Source: Syntrophorhabdaceae bacterium (GTDB taxonomy: Bacteria > Desulfobacterota > Syntrophorhabdia > Syntrophorhabdales > Syntrophorhabdaceae). From it: a stretch of DNA of 64,000 nt. The notes under the pieces are model-generated. The model was not told the DNA's origin. It worked only from the letters and a program-made list of their open reading frames with translations, and made no database searches. The translations under genes and the position numbers were made by a program. This document shows, one piece after another, positions 8,021 to 17,676 of this stretch (positions are counted from its first letter, which is position 1; the number at the start of each line of letters is the position of its first letter). The stretch is taken from the NCBI GenBank assembly GCA_963666485.2, contig CAXXUO010000004.1, positions 1 through 64,000 of the forward strand, read 5' to 3'.

Positions 8021-11000
8021 ATAATGTTATTTTATACGACTCCTCTTTCTCAATATCATGTTTACCAAAGTACACCGCTCCCGTCCATCCGTCGATGCTT
8101 ATGTAGTCACCGCCGCGGATGATCTGGTTCTCGCACTGACTGAATGCCTCGTTCTCGTACACGTGCAGCTTACTAAAGCCCACAACACCCACCTTGTTGA
8201 GCTGGGGTATTGTAACGGCGGCGTGTGATGTTCCTCCGCCGCGGGCTGTCAATATCCCTTCGACCTTCAGGATGATACCGACGTCATCGGGGACCGTGTC
8301 GGGCCTGATGAGGATGAGCGGTTCCTTCATGTTTTTCTTGCGGTATTTCTCTATCTCCTCTTCCGAATACACGACACGGCCTGTCAATGCGCCGCCGCTC
8401 ACACCTATCCCGATCCCCAGCAGCGACTCTTCGAGCTCGGGGGTGTCCTTGAACATCAGCACTTTATCTGCGCCGCGCTGCACCATGTCCCTGGTCTGAA
8501 GAATGTAGAGGCCTCTCGGGTACTGGCTCTCGAATGTAAATTCGATCTCCTGATGGTTAAAGCCTTTCTCATAAACAAGGAATTCCGAGACCCGGACAAG
8601 CTCGGCGTATATCTCGGGAAAACGTTTTTCAAGGGAAATTATGGACTGCCGCATCTCGGATACCCGCTGCTTCTCGGATATCGGGTAGGTCTCGACGAGT
8701 CCCGAGACGATGTCGTCCCCCTGGACACCGAATATGAAATCGCCATAGAGGGAGACGTTCTGGGATGAGCCTCGCGGGTCGCGCGTGAAAATAACGCCCG
8801 ATCCCGAGTTTTCATTCAGGTTGCCGAAGACCATCGCCTGAACGACCACGGCGGTGCCCCACTCGTCGGAAACGTGCATCTGGTGACGGTATATCTTGGC
8901 CTGCTGGGAATCCCACGAAGCAAAGACGAGCATGATGGCGTCCTGGAGCTGTTTTTGCGGGTCGTTGCTGATGAAGATGCCGCGGTCTTCCATTGCCTGC
9001 TTGTACGACAGGGCGAGCTGCCTCATTTCGTCCGGCTTAAATTGTATCTTTTTCGTTACGCCGTACTTCAGCTTGAAGCTGTTCATGACCTCGTCAAAAA
9101 TATTTCTCTCGAGGCCCTGGAACATCCCCCACGTCTGGAGGAACCTCCTGTAGGAATCCCACGCCGCCCACCGGTACTGCGGATTCTTGCTCAGTCCCTC
9201 GGCTATGGTTTCGTTCATCCCCACATTGAGGAATGAATGCATCATGCCGGGCAGCGATATCGTCGCGCCGCTCCGCACCGACAATAACAGAGGGTTCCTC
9301 GGGTTCCCGTATTTCTTGCCTGTTGTATGCTCGAGCGCCTGTATCTCGTTGAAGATCCGGGCACTCAAGTCCTTGAACATATACTTGTACCCGACAATTG
9401 CCTCATATCCCCTGAAGACCTCGGTCGTGATGATGAAACCCGGTGGTACAGGGAAACCGAGCGTTGTCATCTCCTTGAGAAAATACCCCTTGTTCCCGAT
9501 CAATACCTGGTTGTCGATATCCTTTTTTTTCTTGTATATCGGGGATATGGTCAATTCCGGGATATATGCCATGACAAGGTTCAAGATCTGTTTGTTGTCC
9601 TTGAACTTCTCCACTTCCTTGCCGAGCGCGCGGATTATCGAGTTAATGAAGTTGTCAAATATCTGCAGGGCAAAGGCGGAGGCGATGATCGACCGGATAA
9701 AATTCTCCGAGTGCCTGTAAATGGCCTCCTGTACGGGATGGCCGCCATCACCCTCTTTGCCCGCTGTCATCTGCCCGATTATTATCGGGAGATTTTGCGT
9801 ATGCGCGTCGATGTAATAGTCGCGGATAATGTTCTGGATCTGTTTTGAGATGAATTGAAAGATATCGATATACTGGTCGATGGAAAACTGGCGTATCTGG
9901 AGAGCACTTGTAATATAACGCATCTTCGACACGAGGCCTTCCGTCGCTATACCGTCCACATCGAGGGCCTTCACATAGAGCCAGAGATACTTATGGATCG
10001 TCATCAGGGTACTTTTCGTGATGAACTTGAGGTTCAGGGACTGGATAAGCTTGTCGAACAGCATCGCAGCCAGGCTTTCCAGGCGGAATGTCAGCCCCAT
10101 GGCCTCGAATTTCTCTTCCCGGTATGTCCCGTACATGGACGGTATCCCGGCAGCTATATGTCTCTTGTGATAGATGTTCTCGAAATATTCCGTCTTCACG
10201 GGAGAGAGGATCTTTTCTTTCAGCGCGGCCAGCATATCGAGCGTTATCGTGAGCGCCGTGTAATGGTCCTTTTTCTTTAAAGCTTTTTTGAGGGACCGGA
10301 TCCTGGGTATCTCGAGCATGCAGGATATTTCGAGGTCGCGCAAAAGATCGATGTGCTGGTGGTTGTACTTCTTGTATATGAGCTGGTAATACCGGAGTAT
10401 GAGGCGCGCCCTCTCCCTCTCGCGCTCGCTGATCTTGCGCAGGCCCTTGACCTCTTTCACGATGCGGGCGCTATCCCATTCGAGGAAATTCCTCGGATCG
10501 TCCTTGGCGCGCATCAGGAGGTTCTTGAATGCGACATGGAGGTCATCGAACCACTCGCCCTGATTCTGGACCTGGTCGAACACTTCCTGCGGCAAATGGG
10601 GCTTTATGTATGATTTGTCGCCCGTCGCCCAATAGCGGAAGATATCTTCGGTAAACGGAACGAGAAGACTGTTGCTTTCAACGTGCGACTGTTTCCTGAG
10701 GTAAAAGACGAGCCTGTCGTTCCGTGACGAGAGTTCGTCGACGTTCGTCGAGGTTTCACGCAGTTCCCCTTCGGCCCCTATTTCCGTAAAAAATATCGGG
10801 AATAAGCGGAGAAGCTGCTTTGCCAGGTTATAGGAAGGCGTGATATCCGAGTTCAAGAACCCGGATATCTCCTTCTGGAAAAGGTCAGTATCCTTGACGA
10901 AGACGCCCTTGCGTTCAAGATTGATGACCAGCGCCGACAAAAGCCTCTTCGTCCAGCGCGGCCTGAAGCCTATTATCCTGAGCCATGACCGGATATTCTC

Positions 11001-12230
11001 TATATGCGAGGGGTTAGACTTGATCTGCCACTCCTCGGTGGAGCCTTCAATATCGGGATACTGGAACCCGAAGGCGATCAGTTCATCGATAAAAGAATCG
11101 ACGAGGGGGTGATTGTTCTGATCGAAAACACCGCGCGCAAGCGTTGTTATGCAATCAATGATCTTCGACTGGTGCTGCCCTCCCCGGCTCGTGCGCTTCA
11201 TCGAAGCAAAGACCTTTTTGATGAACTCGTTCAGGTCCCGGTCCGCCGTCTGGCCGAACACCTTCCCCAGGCACCTGTTGATCTCAATGAGAGCCGACGC
11301 ATGGATATCGATGAGGCCGGGAACATTGAGGACCCGGAAAAGAAAATCGAGTTTTATAAGAAACCTTCTCTCGGAAAATATCTCCGACCTTTCGAGGTCG
11401 TCCGCAACGAGCATGTACCCATTCACGATCCGGAAATAATCGGGCATGTCAAGATAACCCCAGATCCCCGAATCGGTCTTCGACGTAACGCTCTTATGCA
11501 GGACCTCGAGCCGGTCGAGCAACTCCTGGATATGGCCATGACCAAGCGGCTCGACGATCCTCAGGAACTCGGCCTGCGCCTCGCCGTCGCCTCCATCCTG
11601 GTCGAACCACTCCACCGGATCGGGCTGCGTCATCCAGAAATGGTACGTATCCCGGAACGTGCTGTAGAGGAGCTCACCCAGGATCTTTTCATCAAAATCC
11701 TTTTCCAGCTCTTTGAGCAATCCAAGGGTCACCTTGAGATACGTGGATGATTTCCTCAGGAACGGGTGCTCCCCTTTCCTTGCGTATTCAAGGAGTGATG
11801 AAAAAATAGAAAAAACGAGCTCAAGGTTCCGGTCGAGCCTGTCCTGGCTTTTCCCCAGTATCGTATTGATAAACTCGAAGAGATACCGCACTGCACTATC
11901 CGCGACACCTTCGTCCCGCGAGCCGACAATGGTACTTAAATAAATATCCGAGAGAAGACGCAGGGCTTCCAGGCCGTTTTCGCTGCGGTTGAAATCATAG
12001 AAATCCCCGATTGACAGGCTCTTCACGTGTGTCAGTACATAATCCCAGTTGACGAACGGGTGGTTGAGCTCGATCAAAAGGTCTTCCAGTCGGCGCAGGA
12101 TACCGTAATGCCCCTGCATCACATCCATGAGGACCTTGTACTTTTCCGGTATCTCTACGATCGCCTTCGTTCTCTCGAGATTGATCTCGAGCGCGCTTGA
12201 TTTAAAAGGGGTCTGTGTATTTTCCATCAT
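8019..12230 (-). CDS. PPDK-like protein: ~900-aa unknown N-terminal region, ATP-grasp domain and phospho-His swivel; no pyruvate-binding barrel
   Basis: GNKG, PVPPGF, PLLLSVRSGA, PGMM, QAMVFGN, SGSGV.FTRDP, QGDDIVSG, EIEFT, LQTR, then GGGTSHAAV; ends ~65 aa after the His. Confidence 0.85.
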   Translation of the reverse strand: MMENTQTPFKSSALEINLERTKAIVEIPEKYKVLMDVMQGHYGILRRLEDLLIELNHPFVNWDYVLTHVKSLSIGDFYDFNRSENGLEALRLLSDIYLSTIVGSRDEGVADSAVRYLFEFINTILGKSQDRLDRNLELVFSIFSSLLEYARKGEHPFLRKSSTYLKVTLGLLKELEKDFDEKILGELLYSTFRDTYHFWMTQPDPVEWFDQDGGDGEAQAEFLRIVEPLGHGHIQELLDRLEVLHKSVTSKTDSGIWGYLDMPDYFRIVNGYMLVADDLERSEIFSERRFLIKLDFLFRVLNVPGLIDIHASALIEINRCLGKVFGQTADRDLNEFIKKVFASMKRTSRGGQHQSKIIDCITTLARGVFDQNNHPLVDSFIDELIAFGFQYPDIEGSTEEWQIKSNPSHIENIRSWLRIIGFRPRWTKRLLSALVINLERKGVFVKDTDLFQKEISGFLNSDITPSYNLAKQLLRLFPIFFTEIGAEGELRETSTNVDELSSRNDRLVFYLRKQSHVESNSLLVPFTEDIFRYWATGDKSYIKPHLPQEVFDQVQNQGEWFDDLHVAFKNLLMRAKDDPRNFLEWDSARIVKEVKGLRKISERERERARLILRYYQLIYKKYNHQHIDLLRDLEISCMLEIPRIRSLKKALKKKDHYTALTITLDMLAALKEKILSPVKTEYFENIYHKRHIAAGIPSMYGTYREEKFEAMGLTFRLESLAAMLFDKLIQSLNLKFITKSTLMTIHKYLWLYVKALDVDGIATEGLVSKMRYITSALQIRQFSIDQYIDIFQFISKQIQNIIRDYYIDAHTQNLPIIIGQMTAGKEGDGGHPVQEAIYRHSENFIRSIIASAFALQIFDNFINSIIRALGKEVEKFKDNKQILNLVMAYIPELTISPIYKKKKDIDNQVLIGNKGYFLKEMTTLGFPVPPGFIITTEVFRGYEAIVGYKYMFKDLSARIFNEIQALEHTTGKKYGNPRNPLLLSVRSGATISLPGMMHSFLNVGMNETIAEGLSKNPQYRWAAWDSYRRFLQTWGMFQGLERNIFDEVMNSFKLKYGVTKKIQFKPDEMRQLALSYKQAMEDRGIFISNDPQKQLQDAIMLVFASWDSQQAKIYRHQMHVSDEWGTAVVVQAMVFGNLNENSGSGVIFTRDPRGSSQNVSLYGDFIFGVQGDDIVSGLVETYPISEKQRVSEMRQSIISLEKRFPEIYAELVRVSEFLVYEKGFNHQEIEFTFESQYPRGLYILQTRDMVQRGADKVLMFKDTPELEESLLGIGIGVSGGALTGRVVYSEEEIEKYRKKNMKEPLILIRPDTVPDDVGIILKVEGILTARGGGTSHAAVTIPQLNKVGVVGFSKLHVYENEAFSQCENQIIRGGDYISIDGWTGAVYFGKHDIEKEESYKITL

Positions 12231-12247
12231 GACATCATATCAAAAAG

Positions 12248-12348
12248 ACGGTTCAAAGTTCAAGGTTCAAGGTTCAAGGTTAAAAAACCTCCCCTATCTG
12301 TTTTCCGGATGATTTCGCTCTTTCTTTGAACTTTGAACTTTGAACTTT
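12248..12348. repeat. Inverted pair of heptamer arrays (GGTTCAA x4-5 and CTTTGAA x3)
   Basis: 12248-12281 and 12324-12348. Confidence 0.88.
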
Positions 12349-12354
12349 TTGAAT

Positions 12355-12386
12355 AAAAAAGGGAGGGCAAATGCCCTCCCTTTTTT
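12355..12386 (-). terminator. Intrinsic terminator of the thl-crt-etfBA operon
   Basis: AAAAAAGGGAGGGCA-AA-TGCCCTCCCTTTTTT just after the etfA stop. Confidence 0.88.
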
Positions 12387-12396
12387 AGTAGTTACA

Positions 12397-13380
12397 CTAT
12401 TTGCCCAGTTTTGATTTGAATTTCTCGATCATCTTGGGAACGACTTCTTTGTAGTCGCCGACGATGCCGAATGTTGCTGCTTTGAAGATCGGGGCATCGG
12501 GATCTTTGTTGATCGCGACGATACAATCGGATGTCCTCATGCCGGCAAGGTGCTGGATGGCACCGGAGATGCCGCATGCGATGTAGATCTTCGGTTTTAC
12601 GGTCTTGCCTGTCTGGCCAACCTGGTGCTCGTAGGGGATCCATTCGGAGTCGACTGCCGCACGGGATGCGCCCACTGCGCCGCCGAGCATGTCTGCGAGC
12701 TGCTGGAGCATCTCAAAACCTGCTTCGTTTCCGAGACCGCGGCCACCGGACACGATAATGTCGGCTTCAACGAGGTTGACTGCCGATGCCGATGCGAGGA
12801 ACTCAACAACTTTCGTTGCGACGTCTGCGTCTGACAGTGAGAAGGCTTCTTTCACAACTTCGGCTGTCCCTGCGCCTTTTTCCGGCATGGCGTACGCTTT
12901 CGGCCTGACGGTTGCGACCTGGGGGGCCGCTTTCTCGTTGACAACGGATACTGAGAAGTTGCCGCCGAATGCTGCGCGGGTCATCTTGACCTTGCCGCCG
13001 TCAATGGCGAGACCGATCGTGTCGGTGCAAAGGCCGAAACCGAGCTGGGCTGCTGCTGCTGCTGCAACGTCGGTGCCCATGGTCGTCGCCCTGAAAAGGG
13101 CAACTTCCGGTTTGTATTTCTCGAGCAGGAATGCAGCTGCCTTGGCATATGCTTCGCCGCGGAAATCTTTGAAGACATCGCCTTCGACCGCGTAAACTTT
13201 GGATGCGCCGTACGCGCCCGCTTCCTTTGCGAGTTCGTCTACGCCTGCGCCGATGACAAATGCGCAGAGATTGGAGCCAAAACCGGCGGCCAGCTCTTTG
13301 CCAATGCCGAGAAGCTCAAAGGACATGGGCGAGATCGCGCCTGCTTTATGTTCTATATATACCCAAACATCGTTAGCCAT
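12397..13380 (-). CDS. etfA: Electron transfer flavoprotein alpha subunit
   Basis: [33 protein letters not shown]. Confidence 0.95.
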   Translation of the reverse strand: MANDVWVYIEHKAGAISPMSFELLGIGKELAAGFGSNLCAFVIGAGVDELAKEAGAYGASKVYAVEGDVFKDFRGEAYAKAAAFLLEKYKPEVALFRATTMGTDVAAAAAAQLGFGLCTDTIGLAIDGGKVKMTRAAFGGNFSVSVVNEKAAPQVATVRPKAYAMPEKGAGTAEVVKEAFSLSDADVATKVVEFLASASAVNLVEADIIVSGGRGLGNEAGFEMLQQLADMLGGAVGASRAAVDSEWIPYEHQVGQTGKTVKPKIYIACGISGAIQHLAGMRTSDCIVAINKDPDAPIFKAATFGIVGDYKEVVPKMIEKFKSKLGK

Positions 13381-13400
13381 TGTATTTTCCCTCCTCCAAG

Positions 13401-14198
13401 TTATTTTATAACTTTCAAGTCAATGAGCTTGTCGGTGATCATGTTGGCAATTTCTTCGATCTCGCCTTTGAGGATCTCACCTGCGCCGCGCGGAGGCGGT
13501 ACAGCGATCTCGACCACTTTCGTGCTTGCGCCTGCTGCTCCCACTTTGCCCGTATCCACACCCAGATCACCTGCGCTCCACTGGGGGATGTCGATCTTGG
13601 ATGCTTTCCTGATGCCCATGAGATTCGGAAGCCGCGGCTCATTGATACCCTTGATAACGGATACAACGGCCGGCAATTTTGCTTCGACTACTTCGATTCC
13701 GCCTTCGACGGCCCTTTCAACGACGATCTTCTTGGCGCCTGCGTCGATGGAACGGACCTTGCCGACCTGCGTCAGCTGGCTGAACCCGAGGATCGCGGCG
13801 AGCTCTGCGCCGACAACACCGGTGTTGCCGTCTGTGGACTGTTTGCCGCAGAAAACGACGTCCACGTCGCCTGCTTTCTTGATCGCCGATGCGAGAACGT
13901 ATGCGGTAGCCCATGTATCGGAACCGGCAAACGCGTCATCGCAGCAGAGTGCGGTTTCGTCAACTGTCAATGCGAGTGCATTGCGCAGGACGTCCTTGGC
14001 GCCTTCCGGCCCCATGGAAATGGCGATGATCTCACCATCGTAATTCTCTTTGGTGAGAAGAGCTTCTTCAAGAGCAAATTCGTCAAAAGGATTCGTGATG
14101 GAATCCATGCCGTCCCTGCTCAGGGTCCCTTTGGGGATGTCCCATTTGACTTCTGCTTCGGTATCAGGAACCTGTTTTAAACAAACCGCTATCTTCAC
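13401..14198 (-). CDS. etfB: Electron transfer flavoprotein beta subunit
   Basis: GTG start after AAGGAGG; KQVPD, NPFDEFALE, GSDTWAT, GKQSTDG, NEPR. Confidence 0.95.
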   Translation of the reverse strand: MKIAVCLKQVPDTEAEVKWDIPKGTLSRDGMDSITNPFDEFALEEALLTKENYDGEIIAISMGPEGAKDVLRNALALTVDETALCCDDAFAGSDTWATAYVLASAIKKAGDVDVVFCGKQSTDGNTGVVGAELAAILGFSQLTQVGKVRSIDAGAKKIVVERAVEGGIEVVEAKLPAVVSVIKGINEPRLPNLMGIRKASKIDIPQWSAGDLGVDTGKVGAAGASTKVVEIAVPPPRGAGEILKGEIEEIANMITDKLIDLKVIK

Positions 14199-14217
14199 AG
14201 TGTCCTCCTTATATGTT

Positions 14218-14997
14218 TTATTCACCCGTAAAGGTGGCTTTCCTTTTTTCTACGAACGCTGTCATGCCTTCTTTCTGGTCCTTCGTTGCAAAGCACAGCC
14301 CGAAATCCTTTGCTTCGAGCGCAAGCCCCTCTTTATTGTCGAGGGAGAGGCTCCTGTTGACGCATTCCTTTGCCAGCCGGACGGCGAAAGGGCCGTTTGC
14401 TGCTATTTTTTCTGCCAGGGCCATAACTTCGGTCATCAACTGGTCATCGGGGACGACCTTGTTGAGGAGGCCCATTTCATAGGCCTCTGCGGCACCGATC
14501 GTTTTGCCTGAAAAGATGAGTTCCTTCGCTTTTGCGAGACCTGCAAGTTTTGCCGTGCGCTGCGTCCCTCCGAAACCCGGGTGGATACCGAGCGTCGTTT
14601 CCGGGAACCCGACCTTTGCCCTGTCCGATGCGTAAATAATATCACATGCCAGGGCGACCTCGAAACCTCCGCCCAGCGCAAAGCCGTTCACAGCGGCGAT
14701 CACGGGCTTTTCCATGTTTTCCAAAGTGGCAAATGCCTCGTGTCCCCGTGCGGAGAATGCCATGCCTTCGAGGGCCGTTAAGTCCTTCATCTCGAGGATA
14801 TCTGCCCCCGCGACGAACGCCTTTCCCTCGCCTGTCACAATAACAACCTTGATCGTTTTATCCGCATTCAAGGCCTCTCCCGCAGCTTTAAGCTCGATGA
14901 GCGTTTCAGAGTTGAGGGCATTCAAAGCCTTGGGGCGATTGAATTTCAGAAATGCGATGCCGTCTTTCTTTTCGACGATAAGGTTTTTAAATTCCAT
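14218..14997 (-). CDS. crt: Enoyl-CoA hydratase (crotonase)
   Basis: NRPKALNALN, AFVAGADI, GFALGGGFE, PETTLGIHPGFGGTQR. Confidence 0.88.
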   Translation of the reverse strand: MEFKNLIVEKKDGIAFLKFNRPKALNALNSETLIELKAAGEALNADKTIKVVIVTGEGKAFVAGADILEMKDLTALEGMAFSARGHEAFATLENMEKPVIAAVNGFALGGGFEVALACDIIYASDRAKVGFPETTLGIHPGFGGTQRTAKLAGLAKAKELIFSGKTIGAAEAYEMGLLNKVVPDDQLMTEVMALAEKIAANGPFAVRLAKECVNRSLSLDNKEGLALEAKDFGLCFATKDQKEGMTAFVEKRKATFTGE

Positions 14998-14999
14998 TA

Positions 15000-16280
15000 T
15001 TACGCCTCACATTCGAAGACCGCGGCGAGACCCATGCCGCCGCCGATACACATTGAAGCGAGACCATACTTGAGGCCGAGCCGTTTCATCTGATAGAGGC
15101 CGGTCGTGATGAGCCGTGCACCGGTGCAGCCGATCGGGTGGCCAAGGGATATGCCGCCGCCGAACATGTTGCATTTGTCCATGTTCACGCCGAGTTCCCT
15201 GATGCATGCTATCGCCTGGGATGAGAATGCCTCGTTGAGCTCGATGCAGTCGATCTGGTCGATCGTGAGGCCGGCCTTCTTAAGGGCTTTCTGAATGGCC
15301 GGGATGGGGCCTAAGCCCATGTATGCCGGGTCGAGACCGCCGTTGGCCCAGGAGATGATCCTGCCCATCGGTTTGAGGCCGAGTTCGTTGGCCTTGTCGC
15401 GTGACATCATGACGACTGCCGCTGCTGCGTCATTCAGGCCTGATGCGTTGCCTGCCGTGACCGTGCCGTCTTTCTTGAATGCCGGTTTCAGAGCGCCCAT
15501 TTTCTCGATCGACGTGTCCATCGGCCTTTCATCTGTATCGAACATGACGACGCCTTTCTTCGACTTCACCGGGACGGGGATTATCTCGTCCTTGAAAAGG
15601 CCGCCCTTGATGGCTGCCATTGCTCTCTGATGGCTTAAAAGACCAAATTCGTCCTGTTCCAATCTCGAGATGCCGTATTTTGCCGCGATGTTCTCTGCGG
15701 TATTACCCATATGATAGTCATAAAAAATTTCCCAGATGCCGTCGAGGACCATGAGGTCGATCGCTTTTGTGTCGAACATGCGGGCGCCGAACCTTAAGCC
15801 CGGGATCGCAAACGGTGCGAGGCTCATGTTTTCCATGCCGCCGGCCACGACGACTTCGTTATCACCAACCTGGATCGACTGGTTAGCGAGAAGGATCGCG
15901 CGAAGGCCGGAAGAGCAAACCTTATTTATCGTAAAAGCAGCTGTTTCTTTGGGGATACCGCCACGGATACTCGCCTGGCGGCCCGGGTTCTGACCGAGGC
16001 TTCCCTGGAGGACATTACCCATGATAACTTCGTCGACCACGACCTCTTTGAGGCTGGGGTCATAATCATAGTATTTTGCCTCAAGCTCTGTATCTGTCTT
16101 GCCTTCAAAACACTTCGGGGCGACATCCTTGTCCTTACCCTTTGAAGGCCTTAAGCCTGCCCGCTTGACCGCTTCCTTAATGGCTATCCCGCCGAGCTCG
16201 ACAGCGGGCACGTCCTTGAGTGACTGGCTGAACTGCCCTATAGCAGTCCTGGCACACGAAACAATAACTGCCTCTTTCAT
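15000..16280 (-). CDS. Acetyl-CoA C-acetyltransferase (thiolase)
   Basis: NKVCSSG, GMENMS, TAGNASG, NEAF, GHPIG, MCIGGG. Confidence 0.93.
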   Translation of the reverse strand: MKEAVIVSCARTAIGQFSQSLKDVPAVELGGIAIKEAVKRAGLRPSKGKDKDVAPKCFEGKTDTELEAKYYDYDPSLKEVVVDEVIMGNVLQGSLGQNPGRQASIRGGIPKETAAFTINKVCSSGLRAILLANQSIQVGDNEVVVAGGMENMSLAPFAIPGLRFGARMFDTKAIDLMVLDGIWEIFYDYHMGNTAENIAAKYGISRLEQDEFGLLSHQRAMAAIKGGLFKDEIIPVPVKSKKGVVMFDTDERPMDTSIEKMGALKPAFKKDGTVTAGNASGLNDAAAAVVMMSRDKANELGLKPMGRIISWANGGLDPAYMGLGPIPAIQKALKKAGLTIDQIDCIELNEAFSSQAIACIRELGVNMDKCNMFGGGISLGHPIGCTGARLITTGLYQMKRLGLKYGLASMCIGGGMGLAAVFECEA

Positions 16281-16299
16281 ACAGGTCTCCTTTCTTAAG

Positions 16300-16348
16300 T
16301 TGAAAAAAATTTCACAATGTTTTTATCGCAATTTCCTGTAATTGTCAA
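16300..16348 (-). promoter_or_regulatory. Promoter (TTGACA-17-TAAAAA) with adjacent Rex-like operator
   Basis: Minus strand TTGACA at 16348-16343; TTGTGAAATTTTTTTCAA at 16317-16300. Confidence 0.5.
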
Positions 16349-16394
16349 CGATTTTAATGACTGCCAAATCATCAGAAAGCGCCTGCGGAACGAT

Positions 16395-17564
16395 TTACGG
16401 AAGGCGGACGAGCCGGGTCAAAAAGCTCGCCATGATAACGCAGATCCCGAGGATATGGATCCCCCACCGGAAACCGACGAGGTCCCCGGACAGGCCGAGC
16501 AGGTACGGGATCACGCCGAGGCCGAAGATGACCCCTATCGTGGTCATGACACCCGTCGCAAGGCTCCGGTCTTCAGGCGGGAATATACGGGAGACGGCGA
16601 CGAGCCCGACAGGAAAAAAGCCCATCATGACGCTCGCCTGGAAGAACAGGGCCCACCCGATGTGGCCTGCCCCGGTGAACGGTATTATGACCGTGAGGAG
16701 TCCGCCGAGGAAAAGCTGAACGAACATTATCCTCCTCAGGCTGAAGCGGTCTACGGCAAAACCCATGGCAATCGTCAGGACCACGCCCCCTATGCGCGAC
16801 AGACCGAAAACCTCGTTAGCGTATTTCAGGTCCAGCCCGAGTTCCTTCGTCATGTACAGCGGGGTCACAAAGTATACCCCGAGGTTCGCCCCGGCGGCGA
16901 ACACCCACATCGCGGCCATCAGCCACATTGAACGTGAGCGCAAAACGGCGATGAGGCTCTTTCGTATCGGGCGCCGTACCCGTACCTCCGTGCAAACCAC
17001 GCGGAACAGGATGGCGAGAAGAATAAGGACGGCCCCGAGAACATAGAATATCCCCCGCCAGCTGAGGAAGGACAACATGAAAACCGCAAGGAAGGGGACG
17101 GCAAAAATGCTCATCGACGTAGCGGAGTCATGGATCGTGATGACCTTTCCCCAGGCCTTTTCATCATAATAGCGGGTTATCATGGGGATAATGGCCGGGA
17201 TATAGACCCCGCTCATCAGGCCCAGCACAGAAACAAGGACCACGAGATGAGTGAAGGTGCGGGCCGAAGGAATCAGGACAAGACCGATAGCCGCTATGAT
17301 GACAGACACATATATCGAGCGGCGATACCCCAGGCGGCCGGAAAAGAGCCCCGACAGGAACAGTGTGATACCGCATCCCGTAGAAGTATAAAAGAACAGG
17401 CTTGTCGCGGTTGCGTGTGATACGGCGAACTCATCCTCAATGAGGGGCATGATCGGGGAAAAAATTGTCCTGACACTGAAGTTCATGAACCAGATGGACC
17501 AGAGAAAAACGAGGAATAAGAAGCCTTTGCCTTTTAGTGACTGAAATCGCTCCACATGCACCAC
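16395..17564 (-). CDS. MFS transporter
   Basis: ~12 hydrophobic segments; G.FSGRLGYR motif A; start uncertain. Confidence 0.85.
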   Translation of the reverse strand: MVHVERFQSLKGKGFLFLVFLWSIWFMNFSVRTIFSPIMPLIEDEFAVSHATATSLFFYTSTGCGITLFLSGLFSGRLGYRRSIYVSVIIAAIGLVLIPSARTFTHLVVLVSVLGLMSGVYIPAIIPMITRYYDEKAWGKVITIHDSATSMSIFAVPFLAVFMLSFLSWRGIFYVLGAVLILLAILFRVVCTEVRVRRPIRKSLIAVLRSRSMWLMAAMWVFAAGANLGVYFVTPLYMTKELGLDLKYANEVFGLSRIGGVVLTIAMGFAVDRFSLRRIMFVQLFLGGLLTVIIPFTGAGHIGWALFFQASVMMGFFPVGLVAVSRIFPPEDRSLATGVMTTIGVIFGLGVIPYLLGLSGDLVGFRWGIHILGICVIMASFLTRLVRLP

Positions 17565-17676
17565 TTTACAGCATCCGTGATAAAACGCAAGGATAATGTT
17601 GTTTTGGTTTTGGTGAATATGTTAACATAGACCCACTCCACATTATTAAAAACGTACGTGAAAGGACGCAACGTCT

